DNA from: Syntrophales bacterium
GTDB lineage: Bacteria; Desulfobacterota; Syntrophia; Syntrophales; UBA2210
Direction of reading: 5' to 3'
Length of the DNA: 64,000 nucleotides
NCBI GenBank assembly: GCA_963666365.2
Contig: CAXXNF010000001.1
Span: 1,280,001-1,344,000, forward strand
Shown here: positions 42,161-51,797 of the stretch, piece by piece
How the letters are laid out: the number at the start of each line of letters is the position of its first letter
Position numbering within the stretch: the stretch's first letter is position 1
Made by a program: the position numbers and the translations under genes
Notes under the pieces: generated by a model
What the model was told of the DNA's origin: nothing
What the model saw: the letters and a program-made list of their open reading frames with translations, nothing else
Databases searched by the model: none

Positions 42161-43207
42161 ATGACCTATTACGATCATAGCGGAGCGATTCACCTTCATT
42201 CGATCCATTCTTTTGATGGAAGAATCGCAGTGGCCGATATCATAGAGGCTGCAAAGAAATGCGGGCTCGACTTTATCATGCTTACGGACCACTCGAATCT
42301 TGATGCGAGGGCAGAGGAAGGGTGGCACGATGAGCTCTTGCTCGTTGCAGGACAGGAGATTTCTCCCCGTTTCAATCATTATATTGCTTTTGAGTGCAGG
42401 GACGCTATTTACGTTGAGGGGGAAGAAGACCCGGCGCCGCAGCACTATATTGATGCCGTTAACGAGCAGGGAGGATTCGGGTTTATTGCTCATCCCGACC
42501 ATGAGGGCACCCAGGTGTTTCACGTGAAACACTATCCCTGGCGGGACTGGTCAGTGTCCGGCTTTACGGGGATGGGGATATGGGATTTTATGACGGACTG
42601 GCAGGATACATTGACCAGCTATCCTCGCGGCCTTGTCAGCTATCTCTGTCCGGTCCTGGCGCTGACCGGACCAAAGAAGAAAACATTGAGCCGCTGGGAC
42701 GCTCTTTCGATGAAACGACCTGTGGTTGGTATCGGAGAGCTCGACAATCATGACACGCTGTACAAGTTGCTGTGCGTACGCCTTCGTGCATTTCCTTTCG
42801 AAAGAGTGTTTCGGTTGATCCGTACCCATGTGTTGACCGACAGACCTTTTGAGCGGTGCAAAACCGATATTCCCTTGCTGCTGGACGCGCTTCGCCGAGG
42901 TCATGCCTATGTGGCAATGGAATATTTCAACGAGGCGAAGGGGTTTTCTTTTGCCGTGACCGGGAGGGGGTTTCAGGGGATCATGGGGGATGAATTTTCA
43001 CTGAACGGAGCGGCAACGCTGACGGTTCAACTGCCGGGGGAGGGAAGGGTGAGAATTCTGAAAAACGGCATACCCCTGTGTGACTGCACAGGAAAGGGAT
43101 GGGAAGTGGAGGTGACGGAACCGGGGGTGTATCGCTGCGAAGTCTATCAAAAACGCTGGGGACGATTGAGGCCCTGGATTTTTTCTAATCCCATATATCT
43201 GCGGTAG
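42161..43207 (+). CDS. PHP-domain metallohydrolase
   Basis: HLHS..S.DG, TDH, AHP, C-terminal SNPIY. Confidence 0.85.
   Translation: MTYYDHSGAIHLHSIHSFDGRIAVADIIEAAKKCGLDFIMLTDHSNLDARAEEGWHDELLLVAGQEISPRFNHYIAFECRDAIYVEGEEDPAPQHYIDAVNEQGGFGFIAHPDHEGTQVFHVKHYPWRDWSVSGFTGMGIWDFMTDWQDTLTSYPRGLVSYLCPVLALTGPKKKTLSRWDALSMKRPVVGIGELDNHDTLYKLLCVRLRAFPFERVFRLIRTHVLTDRPFERCKTDIPLLLDALRRGHAYVAMEYFNEAKGFSFAVTGRGFQGIMGDEFSLNGAATLTVQLPGEGRVRILKNGIPLCDCTGKGWEVEVTEPGVYRCEVYQKRWGRLRPWIFSNPIYLR
42516..42531. other. parS centromere site
   Basis: Perfect palindrome TGTTTCACGTGAAACA. Confidence 0.92.
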
Positions 43208-43258
43208 TTTCCTTCGAGACTTTCCCCCGCCCGGAGGTGCTCGTCCTTCGAGATCCTT

Positions 43259-43657
43259 TTACAGAAGAGTGATGATTACCTCCCGTCGTGGGCGGGGACC
43301 GTCAAATTCACAGAAAAAGATGTTTTGCCACGTGCTGAGAAGCAGTGTGCCCTCCTCTACCGGAATGGTTTCGGAAGGCCCAATGATACCCGCCTTAATG
43401 TGGGCGTCTCCGTTCCCGTCTATGCGATCATGCAACCATTGCCCACGGGGGACGATCCGGCCGAGACAGTTGATGACATCGATGCCGATATGGGGATCCC
43501 AGTTTTCCTGTATCATGATTGCCGCTGTCGCTCCCAGGGCATAGAGTGAACAGATTTCGGAATCACGACCGTATCGGGATACGACCCTGCGCACCTGATC
43601 GGTGATATCTACCAGTTCTTCACGGACGCTCGTCTTGAAAGAGATAGTAGTTTTCAT
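43259..43657 (-). CDS. YjbQ/UPF0047 family protein
   Basis: DIT, ENWDP, NGDAHIK, TWQNIFFCEFDGPR. Confidence 0.9.
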   Translation of the reverse strand: MKTTISFKTSVREELVDITDQVRRVVSRYGRDSEICSLYALGATAAIMIQENWDPHIGIDVINCLGRIVPRGQWLHDRIDGNGDAHIKAGIIGPSETIPVEEGTLLLSTWQNIFFCEFDGPRPRREVIITLL

Positions 43658-43675
43658 TGAACTTCCCTTATCGTC

Positions 43676-45025
43676 TTATTTCATCACTCCATATTTTTTC
43701 AGTTTCAAATGCAGTGTACGCCGCGTAATTCCGAGCTTCCGCGCCGCTTCGCTTTTGTTTCCTCCCGTCGCCTCGAGTGTTTTCAGAATTGTACGCTTTT
43801 CGGCTTCTTCAAGGGGGACCAGTGCTGTGCCGGTCGACATGAGCGCCGCTCCGCCGCTCATGAGAAAGAGATCCTCCTCATCCAGATATTCCTTTCGGGA
43901 GAGCACCACTGCGCGTTCAATTACATTCATCAGTTCTCTCACATTGCCCTGCCAGTGGTGCTTGAGAAGTCTGTCCATAGCCTGGGGAGTGAATCCCCTG
44001 ATGGCGCGCTTATTTTTTTCTGCAAACAGGGCAAGGTAATGCTGCGCGAGAAGGGGAATGTCCTCCGGACGCTCCACCAGCGGCGGCACTACGAGAACGA
44101 CGACATTGAGGCGATAGAAAAGATCCTCCCGAAAACGGCCCGCCTTTACCTCTTCCTGAAGATTTTTATTTGTCGCTGTGATAATGCGCACATCCACTTC
44201 GATGACGGATTCACCCCCCACTCTGACAAATTCCCGTTCTTGCAGCACGCGGAGCAGTTTGACCTGCATGGGGAGCGGCATTTCACTGATTTCGTCAAGA
44301 AAAAGGCTCCCTCCGTGGGCCTGACGGAACGTGCCTTCTTTCCTCCTGTCGGCGCCGGTAAAGGCGCCCCGTTCGTGACCGAAAAGCTCTGATTCCAGAA
44401 GCGTTTCGGTCAAAGCGCCGCAATTCACCTTGACAAAGGGGCCATCTCGTCGAGGACTGTTAAAGTGAAGTGCCCCGGCGATGAGTTCCTTGCCTGTGCC
44501 GGAATCGCCCATGACAAGCACTGAGGCGTCGGATGGAGCAACCTGCGCTACGGTATCCAGAAGCCTTACCATGGCATCGCTCCGACCGATTATATTGCGC
44601 CTGTCGAACCGTGCGGAAAGGTTGCTTCGAAGCAGGCGGTTTTCCTCCTTCAGGCGCCGGTGATCCATGGCCCGTTCCATGACGATTTTCACTTCGTCAA
44701 AATCGAGCGGTTTCGTCAGATAATCATAGGCGCCTTTTTTCAGCGCTTCGACGGCCGTTTCTACAGACGAATAGGCGGTCATAATAATTACGGGTATGGC
44801 GGGGTTGATTTCCTTGATGGTCTCCAGCGCTTCGAGACCGGAAACCCGCACCATGCGCACATCCATGAGAATAAGATCAAAGGGCCGCTCCCTGACCAAT
44901 TGAATGGCTCGGTCGCCGTCGTCGGCCTCGGTAATGCCGTACCCCCACTCTGAAAGGAGGGTTCTCAACATGGTTCTGTGGGCATGATCGTCATCGACAA
45001 TTAATAGAGAACCCCGCACTGTCAT
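43676..45025 (-). CDS. Sigma54-dependent response regulator (ZraR/NtrC-like)
   Basis: REC domain, GTGKE, GAFTGA, Fis-type HTH. Confidence 0.95.
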   Translation of the reverse strand: MTVRGSLLIVDDDHAHRTMLRTLLSEWGYGITEADDGDRAIQLVRERPFDLILMDVRMVRVSGLEALETIKEINPAIPVIIMTAYSSVETAVEALKKGAYDYLTKPLDFDEVKIVMERAMDHRRLKEENRLLRSNLSARFDRRNIIGRSDAMVRLLDTVAQVAPSDASVLVMGDSGTGKELIAGALHFNSPRRDGPFVKVNCGALTETLLESELFGHERGAFTGADRRKEGTFRQAHGGSLFLDEISEMPLPMQVKLLRVLQEREFVRVGGESVIEVDVRIITATNKNLQEEVKAGRFREDLFYRLNVVVLVVPPLVERPEDIPLLAQHYLALFAEKNKRAIRGFTPQAMDRLLKHHWQGNVRELMNVIERAVVLSRKEYLDEEDLFLMSGGAALMSTGTALVPLEEAEKRTILKTLEATGGNKSEAARKLGITRRTLHLKLKKYGVMK

Positions 45026-46833
45026 GACTGTCGTTCCTCAGATCCGCATTTCGTCAACACCGGAAGGGTGAAGACCACCGTTGTACCCTTTCCCGGGGTG
45101 CTTTCCACATGAATCGCGCCGTCGTGATGTTCTATTATCTGATGCACAATGGCCAACCCCAGGCCCGTTCCCGATGATTTGGTGGTAAAATAGGGATCGA
45201 ATATTTTTGCAATATTTCCGCCATCTATGCCGCCGCCCGTATCGGATACCGCGAAGACGAGACGTTGTGATTCATCAAAATCGACTCTGATGGAAAGGCT
45301 TCCTCCCCCCTCCATGGATTCAAGGGCGTTCAAATAAAGATTCAGCAATACCTGGTTGATTCTGTCTGCATCCACAAGAATCATCATATCGTCATCGGGC
45401 AGCGCGTATGAGATGACTACGCCTTGATTCTGCGCCCTCTTTTCAATCATTTTGACCGAGTGATCTATAAGCTGGGCGAGAGACGCCGGTTTCTTGTCGA
45501 GTTTCATGGGGCGGGCAAAATCCAGAAGCTGTCCGATCACACGATTCAGACGCTCCACCTCCTGTATCATAATATCGGCAATCTTCTGATCGTCCGGAAT
45601 ATCTCGATACCGCTCCTTGAAATAGGTGGCGAATCCCTTGATTGAGCTGAGAGGATTTCGTATTTCATGGGCGACTCCGGCGGCAAGTCGTCCAAGAGAG
45701 GCCATCCGCTGGCTTCGGTCGACTTCCTTCCGGAGGCGCTTCACCTCAGTGAGGTCTCTGAAAAGGAGTACGTGACCCTGGAACGTATCATTTTCCATCA
45801 GGGTTGTGGCGACCATGTCAAGTGGCAGCGATTTTTTATCTTCGCCAGTGACGATTATTTCCCCTTCCCGCAGTGAAGTATCATTTCTGAGTTCATTGAG
45901 AAAGTCCACAAATGGCGGCGGCAGCACCTGAACTCCCGATTTTCCTTTCATCTCCTTCGACTGCACCTGCAGGATTGATTCGGCCACCTGGTTGAAGGAG
46001 GTAATGACGCCATGACTGTCGGTGGCGATAAGAGCCATAGGCATATTTTCCACGAGATTGTCTGAAAAGGCCTTTACCCTGGAGAGTGAAACCCGTGCCT
46101 GGCGGTATCCCTGGGCAACCAGAAGAGATATAACGCCGGTGATGCCTATAAGAAGCAGTATGACGGCAGTGATTACGGTATCTCTGGCATCGGTCAAACG
46201 CGCCTTTTCTATCGTATCCATGTCGAGTCCCACAAAGATTACAAGACGGGAAGGCGGGGCATCTTCGCCTCGTGGATGCAGTCGAGATCTGAACCAGTCA
46301 TCGGGAATGGCCGTACCGAACGGGGTGGTCATAAAACCGGGAGTTGGCGCAAAATAACGTGTTATTTCAAAAGTATCGGGTCCCTTTTCATGTGGTATTT
46401 CTCGGTAGTAAAGGGATTTGCTGCGGGCAATTTCCTTTATATTTAAGTCATTGCCGTGATATTGACCGATCATGGAAGGATCGTTATGAGCGAGAATCCG
46501 GCCCTGAAGATCGGTAATCAGGAGGTAGACAATGTCGGGCTGATGAGCTGTTTCTACAAGAAGTTTCTGTATCTGCAGTCCGCCCCAACTCATTCCCAGC
46601 ACACCCGTTCGCGCGCCCGCCTCGAATGATCGTATCAACGCGGCGCCTTTCTCGATAAGAAGCTTTTCCATATACACCTTCTGTGTTTGAATGCTGTGAA
46701 AGGCGAAATAAATCACGATCGGAACGAGCAGAATCACTGTTCCGATGACTATCCAGGGGGAAAGCATGATCCATGATCGTGTCGGTGCTGACTGCATGGC
46801 GCCGATGAATCCTTTCGGATATTTATTATCCAC
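45022..46833 (-). CDS. Sensor histidine kinase with PAS domain (ZraS-like)
   Basis: Two TM segments, AHEIRNPLSSIKG, N/G1/F/G2 boxes. Confidence 0.93.
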   Translation of the reverse strand: MDNKYPKGFIGAMQSAPTRSWIMLSPWIVIGTVILLVPIVIYFAFHSIQTQKVYMEKLLIEKGAALIRSFEAGARTGVLGMSWGGLQIQKLLVETAHQPDIVYLLITDLQGRILAHNDPSMIGQYHGNDLNIKEIARSKSLYYREIPHEKGPDTFEITRYFAPTPGFMTTPFGTAIPDDWFRSRLHPRGEDAPPSRLVIFVGLDMDTIEKARLTDARDTVITAVILLLIGITGVISLLVAQGYRQARVSLSRVKAFSDNLVENMPMALIATDSHGVITSFNQVAESILQVQSKEMKGKSGVQVLPPPFVDFLNELRNDTSLREGEIIVTGEDKKSLPLDMVATTLMENDTFQGHVLLFRDLTEVKRLRKEVDRSQRMASLGRLAAGVAHEIRNPLSSIKGFATYFKERYRDIPDDQKIADIMIQEVERLNRVIGQLLDFARPMKLDKKPASLAQLIDHSVKMIEKRAQNQGVVISYALPDDDMMILVDADRINQVLLNLYLNALESMEGGGSLSIRVDFDESQRLVFAVSDTGGGIDGGNIAKIFDPYFTTKSSGTGLGLAIVHQIIEHHDGAIHVESTPGKGTTVVFTLPVLTKCGSEERQS

Positions 46834-46983
46834 CTGTATACCACATCCGGATATATTTTAGCCATCTCTTTGTGAATATGGAAAAAGAACCTGTTGTGTA
46901 TAACCACCCTATTTACTATAATGTGCGTCGTAAGTACACAAATGGATTGAGATTCCCTGAGGATGGCGGGAAATATCTCTTTG

Positions 46984-46999
46984 TGGCACAAGGGTTGCT
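46984..46999 (+). promoter_or_regulatory. Sigma54 -24/-12 promoter of degP
   Basis: TGGCAC-AAGGG-TTGCT is an exact consensus match, 56 nt upstream of the ATG. Confidence 0.85.
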
Positions 47000-47055
47000 A
47001 AGGTACATGACGAAGTAACACACACATATTCGCATTAAAAAGCAAGGAGGAATAT

Positions 47056-48540
47056 ATGAAGGAGCAACATACGAACACAGGACCCATACGTTCCATGTGG
47101 GTAAAGTATCTTCTGGTCGGCGCGATCATCGCGTCGCTCTTCGGCGCGGTCTATTTCATTCCGGGGAATGGAGGTCTCACTTCCACCGGAGTTGCGGTAG
47201 CCGGTGAAAAACAGGGCCTTGTGCAGCCCTCATTTGCGGACCTTGCCGAAAAACTGAAACCCGCCGTAGTAAATATCAGAACCACGAAAATCGTGGGAGG
47301 AGGCGGATTCCCCCATGCGTCACCCTTTAGGGGATCGCCCTTTGAACGATTTTTCGGCGACGATGAATTTTTCAGGAGATTTTTTGGCGGTCAGCCAGGA
47401 CGGGAGTTCAAACAGCGGAGTCTCGGTTCGGGCTTTATTATCAGCAAGGACGGCTATATCTTTACGAACAACCATGTAATCGAGAAAGCCGACGAAATTA
47501 TGGTCAAGCTTTCCGATGGCAAGGAGTACACGGCCGAGGTAAAGGGGGCCGATAAAAATACGGACATCGCCCTTTTGAAGATAGATCCGAAGGACGATCT
47601 TCCCGTGGCGGCCCTGGGTGATTCAAAGGCGCTCCGCGTGGGAGAATGGGTGATGGCGATCGGGAATCCCTTCGGCCTGTCGCAGACGGTGACCGTGGGC
47701 ATCGTCAGCGCCACGGGACGGGTGATCGGCGCCGGGCCCTATGACGATTTTATACAGACCGACGCCTCCATCAATCCGGGAAACAGCGGTGGTCCCTTGT
47801 TTAATCTGTCGGGCGAGGTGGTAGGGATCAACACGGCGATTATTGCACAGGGCCAGGGGATAGGCTTTGCCATCCCGGTGGACCTTGCGAAGTCGATACT
47901 GCCCGGCCTGAAGAAGGAGGGGAAGGTGACCCGCGGCTGGCTGGGCGTATCAGTGCAGGATGTCACCGAGGAGATCGCCGAGAGCCTGGGGCTGAAAGTG
48001 AAGGAAGGCGTGCTGGTGGCGGATGCGTTCAAGGGTGATCCGGCGGAAAAGGCGGGGATCAAGAGTGGCGACGTTATTGTGAAGGTGGACGGCAAAGACG
48101 TAAAGGATACCCACGAGCTTCTGAAGGTTGTGGCCGCCATTCCCGTAGAAAAAACAATTTCGGTGATCGTAGTTCGAGAAGGTGAGAAAAAAGAGTTTTC
48201 CGTCACTGTGTCGGAACGACCCGAGAGGGATGAGCTGGCCCGACAGGAGGAAGGGGAAATGCGGTTCGGCATGACGGTGCAGCCCATTACACCCGATATG
48301 GCAGAGCACCTCGGCCTGTCTGAAACCGCCGGCGTGATTGTCACACAGGTGGAACCGGGCGGTATCGCCGGTGAAGCGGGAATTCAACAGGGCGACATCA
48401 TTATTAAGGTTAATCGGATGAAGATAGATTCCATGAAGGATTATCTGGGAGCGCTCTCGAAGGCAGATCCCAAGAAAAGCCTGCTCCTTCTCATTAAGAG
48501 AGAGGCCTCCAAATTCTTTGTGGTGCTGAAACCTCAATAA
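47056..48540 (+). CDS. HtrA/DegP/DegQ serine protease with two PDZ domains
   Basis: AAGGAGG RBS, catalytic triad motifs, two PDZ. Confidence 0.95.
   Translation: MKEQHTNTGPIRSMWVKYLLVGAIIASLFGAVYFIPGNGGLTSTGVAVAGEKQGLVQPSFADLAEKLKPAVVNIRTTKIVGGGGFPHASPFRGSPFERFFGDDEFFRRFFGGQPGREFKQRSLGSGFIISKDGYIFTNNHVIEKADEIMVKLSDGKEYTAEVKGADKNTDIALLKIDPKDDLPVAALGDSKALRVGEWVMAIGNPFGLSQTVTVGIVSATGRVIGAGPYDDFIQTDASINPGNSGGPLFNLSGEVVGINTAIIAQGQGIGFAIPVDLAKSILPGLKKEGKVTRGWLGVSVQDVTEEIAESLGLKVKEGVLVADAFKGDPAEKAGIKSGDVIVKVDGKDVKDTHELLKVVAAIPVEKTISVIVVREGEKKEFSVTVSERPERDELARQEEGEMRFGMTVQPITPDMAEHLGLSETAGVIVTQVEPGGIAGEAGIQQGDIIIKVNRMKIDSMKDYLGALSKADPKKSLLLLIKREASKFFVVLKPQ
47556..48125 (+). repeat. Direct repeat, copy 2 (appears identical to 40690-41259)
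   Basis: Visual comparison. Confidence 0.9.
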
Positions 48541-48572
48541 GCCGTCAGAACGTAAACGGCTCGGCGCCTATG

Positions 48573-48606
48573 TATCCCGGGGCTGTTGCACAGAAGCCCC
48601 GGGATA
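48573..48606 (+). terminator. Hairpin after degP, probable terminator
   Basis: TATCCCGGGGCT/AGCCCCGGGATA. Confidence 0.55.
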
Positions 48607-48874
48607 TATGTATGGATAATCGCATGCATCTTTCCGATGGTGCATGACGATCTTTAAGGTCTTCATGTTCCTGGATATTTCTCTGAAAAAGGTATTGCCC
48701 TTTCACTGTGCCCGTGATACAAGGCGACCGTTATAGCGATCCCCATCCACACCTGTGTGTGCCGTTTATGAAATGAATGTGCGGCATCGAAGGAACGACG
48801 ATCGCGGCGAAGGCCTTGCAAAGGATACGCCTGATAGCATATAATAAATCAATAGCACTAAGGAAGAACATCCC

Positions 48875-49393
48875 ATGAAGAATACCGCCCTGCATACGTA
48901 TAAAGATGAGGAAGATCTTCGCTACAATAATATCAGAGAAATTATCTATCTGATCAGAAGATTGATGCAGGCGGGGTATCTCTACACCAAAGAATTGAAT
49001 AAAAAGTACAATATCAGTGCTCCTCAATTGAATTGCCTACTTGCGCTTCACGAAAACGGCCCGCTTCCACCGTCTCAGATTGCCCGGCATGTGATGGTGA
49101 AATCAAGCACGGTCACCGGTATTATTGACAGACTGGAGCAGAAAAAACTCGTCAGAAGACTTCGCAACTCCCCGGACCGGCGCGTCATTACAATCGAACT
49201 GACGGAAGAGGGGGAAACGCTGGCCCGCAATGCTCCCCCGCCAATTCAGCAAACGATTGTGGATGGTCTGAAAAAGCTGTCGCAGGAGGAAACCGAACAG
49301 ATTATTCACGATCTCACCTTACTTACAAAAATGCTTGACGGCCATGATCTGGTGGTGACGTTCCAGAACGGAGAATCACAGACGCTTCTATAA
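48875..49393 (+). CDS. MarR family transcriptional regulator
   Basis: STVTGIIDRLE, DRR, LTEEG. Confidence 0.92.
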   Translation: MKNTALHTYKDEEDLRYNNIREIIYLIRRLMQAGYLYTKELNKKYNISAPQLNCLLALHENGPLPPSQIARHVMVKSSTVTGIIDRLEQKKLVRRLRNSPDRRVITIELTEEGETLARNAPPPIQQTIVDGLKKLSQEETEQIIHDLTLLTKMLDGHDLVVTFQNGESQTLL

Positions 49394-49416
49394 CGTCAGT
49401 GATTCTGAAGACTTTT

Positions 49417-51423
49417 TCAACCGTCACTTCGCGCTGTGTTCCGTAGCGCGATGCCATGTTCCCTCTCGAGGGCTTCTATCGATTCTTCCAGTGCCGTCCA
49501 CTCTTCGTACAGTGCCTCAAGACGGCTGTGGAGCGTCGAGAATTCCTTCTGCAGCGAGCGAATAAGGCCGTCATCGGCGAAGGTTTCCTGTCGGGAGAAG
49601 GCTGCTTCGATATCGCCTTTTCTTTTTTCATGTGCGGCAATTTCCTTTTCGATCTTCTCCCGGGCGTCATTGAGCGGTTTGATCTTTCGGTGTTTTGCCT
49701 GACGGAGCGACGCTTCGCGACGCTTTCTTTCCTTTTCCTCAATTGATGCGGACAGTCTGGCCGGTCTCTCTGAAGAAGCGTCGGCCTGTTCCTGTGCGCC
49801 CCGGTGTTTTTCCAGATAGTCGTCCACCGAACCCTGATGGATTTCCAACTCCCCGTCTTTGATTACCGCAACCTTGTTAATGAGCGGCGCCATGAAATCT
49901 CTGTCGTGAGATACAATAAAATAGGTGCCGGAGAAGTCGCGAAGACGATCCTGAAGAACGGCTTTCGAACGGATATCCAGGTGATTGGTCGGCTCGTCGA
50001 GGATGAGAAAATTTGCCGGCTGAAGAAGCATGCGCGCAAGGGCAAGCCTGCTTTTTTCACCGCCCGAGAGGACCGATACAGGTTTAAAAACGTCATCTTC
50101 GGTAAAAAGAAAACACCCGAGGAGCGATCGCAACTCGCTTGAAGATTTCATGGGCGCCTGCACGTCAAGCGTGCGAAGCACCGTTTCATCGGGATTGAGC
50201 GTTTCCGTCATATCCTGTCCATAATAGGCGATCGCTACATTGTGTCCCTCCGATCGGGCGCCTTCCTGAAAGTCTTCCATTCCCGCGATGATTCGGGCCA
50301 GGGTAGATTTTCCCGAACCGTTCACTCCCAGACAGGCGATACGGTCGCTCCGCTCGATGGTGAGGGAAATATCATTCAGGACCATTGATGTTCCATAGGA
50401 TTTTGAGACGCCTGCCAGCTCCATCAGTACGCGTCCTGATCGGGGCGGATCGGGAAAGGTGAATCTGATCGCCTTTTCTTTCCCTTCCAGCGTGATTGCT
50501 TCGAGTTTTTCGAGTGCTTTAACGCGACTCTGCACCTGTCGCGCCTTGGTGTTCTTGTAGCGAAACCGTTCGATAAATCGGCTGGTCCGCTCTATCAGCT
50601 TTTGCTGATTTTCATAGGATGCTTCCAGGATTGTCTGTCGTTCAGCCTTTTGGATAAGATAGGCTGAATAGTTGCCACTGTACAGTGTCGCTTTTCCCAG
50701 GGATATTTCTATGACCTCCCGGACCAGGTTATCGAGAAAACGGCTGTCATGAGAGACAAGTATGATCGATCCGTGATACTGTGCCAGGTAACCCTCGAGC
50801 CATTCGAGAGATTCCATGTCCAGATGGTTGGTAGGTTCATCGAGAAGCAATACCGACGGTTCTGCAAGAAGAAGTTTTGCAAGCTCGATCCGCATTTGCC
50901 AGCCGCCGCTGAATTCGTCAGTCATTCTTGGAAGATCTGACTCTCTAAACCCGAGGCCGAAAAGAATCTGTTGTATCTTCGTCTCTGTCTTGTAACCTTC
51001 TCTATGCTCCAGGATGTGCTGGAGCTCACCCAGTTCTTCCAGAAGGTCTTGCAGCCGCGGTGATTCGGAACCCGCCGAGTGCGTTTCGCTTTCGATTTCA
51101 CGGCTGAGGTGTGCCATTCGTTGTTCCAGACGGGTAATATCCTCAAAGGCCTTGGCCGCCTCTTCGAAAAGACTTTTCCCCCCGTGATAGATGCCGTCCT
51201 GCGGAAGGTACCCTACCGCGGTGTGACGCGACCTGGTCACTCGCCCTGAATCCGATTCGCTATCTCCGACTATTATTTTCAACAGTGTGGATTTTCCCGT
51301 GCCGTTGAGTCCTACCAGCGCAATGCGGCTTCCCGGATTTATCTGAAGGGAAAAATCCGCGAAGAGCGTTTTCTGCCCATACTGTTTCGTAATGTTCTGA
51401 AGCGATATCACTTTTCTATACAA
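49417..51423 (-). CDS. ABC-F family ATPase
   Basis: Two ABC domains (FSGGWQMR, LSGGEKSR, DEPTNHLD twice), no TM segments, C-terminal coiled coil. Confidence 0.93.
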   Translation of the reverse strand: MYRKVISLQNITKQYGQKTLFADFSLQINPGSRIALVGLNGTGKSTLLKIIVGDSESDSGRVTRSRHTAVGYLPQDGIYHGGKSLFEEAAKAFEDITRLEQRMAHLSREIESETHSAGSESPRLQDLLEELGELQHILEHREGYKTETKIQQILFGLGFRESDLPRMTDEFSGGWQMRIELAKLLLAEPSVLLLDEPTNHLDMESLEWLEGYLAQYHGSIILVSHDSRFLDNLVREVIEISLGKATLYSGNYSAYLIQKAERQTILEASYENQQKLIERTSRFIERFRYKNTKARQVQSRVKALEKLEAITLEGKEKAIRFTFPDPPRSGRVLMELAGVSKSYGTSMVLNDISLTIERSDRIACLGVNGSGKSTLARIIAGMEDFQEGARSEGHNVAIAYYGQDMTETLNPDETVLRTLDVQAPMKSSSELRSLLGCFLFTEDDVFKPVSVLSGGEKSRLALARMLLQPANFLILDEPTNHLDIRSKAVLQDRLRDFSGTYFIVSHDRDFMAPLINKVAVIKDGELEIHQGSVDDYLEKHRGAQEQADASSERPARLSASIEEKERKRREASLRQAKHRKIKPLNDAREKIEKEIAAHEKRKGDIEAAFSRQETFADDGLIRSLQKEFSTLHSRLEALYEEWTALEESIEALEREHGIALRNTARSDG

Positions 51424-51797
51424 AACCTTTCATGCCGTCGGTCAGTCCTTCAATATCCCGAGACGCCGATAAAATCAAGGGGGAAGGCACGCGCACAATG
51501 TCTAATATACCGAGCCTTTATTTGAACATAATTTAATCATTATAATTATAGGCTATCTGTGATAAATATACACGCAGTCCGAGATGTGGGCGTGTTGCCT
51601 GGACTGACACAGGATGGTTGACATCCTCTTTTCAATAGAGTATCTATTGCGTATTCCTTGTGCGACTCCCACGGCGCGCTTTTGCCATTGTTCGGTTTCG
51701 GTGCGGTTTACCTTCGATAATTCCACCGCGATAGTGTGTAACGATGCGACGGTTTTTATCGAGTGCATTTTTATTAAATCAAAGGAGAGAAAAAAGG

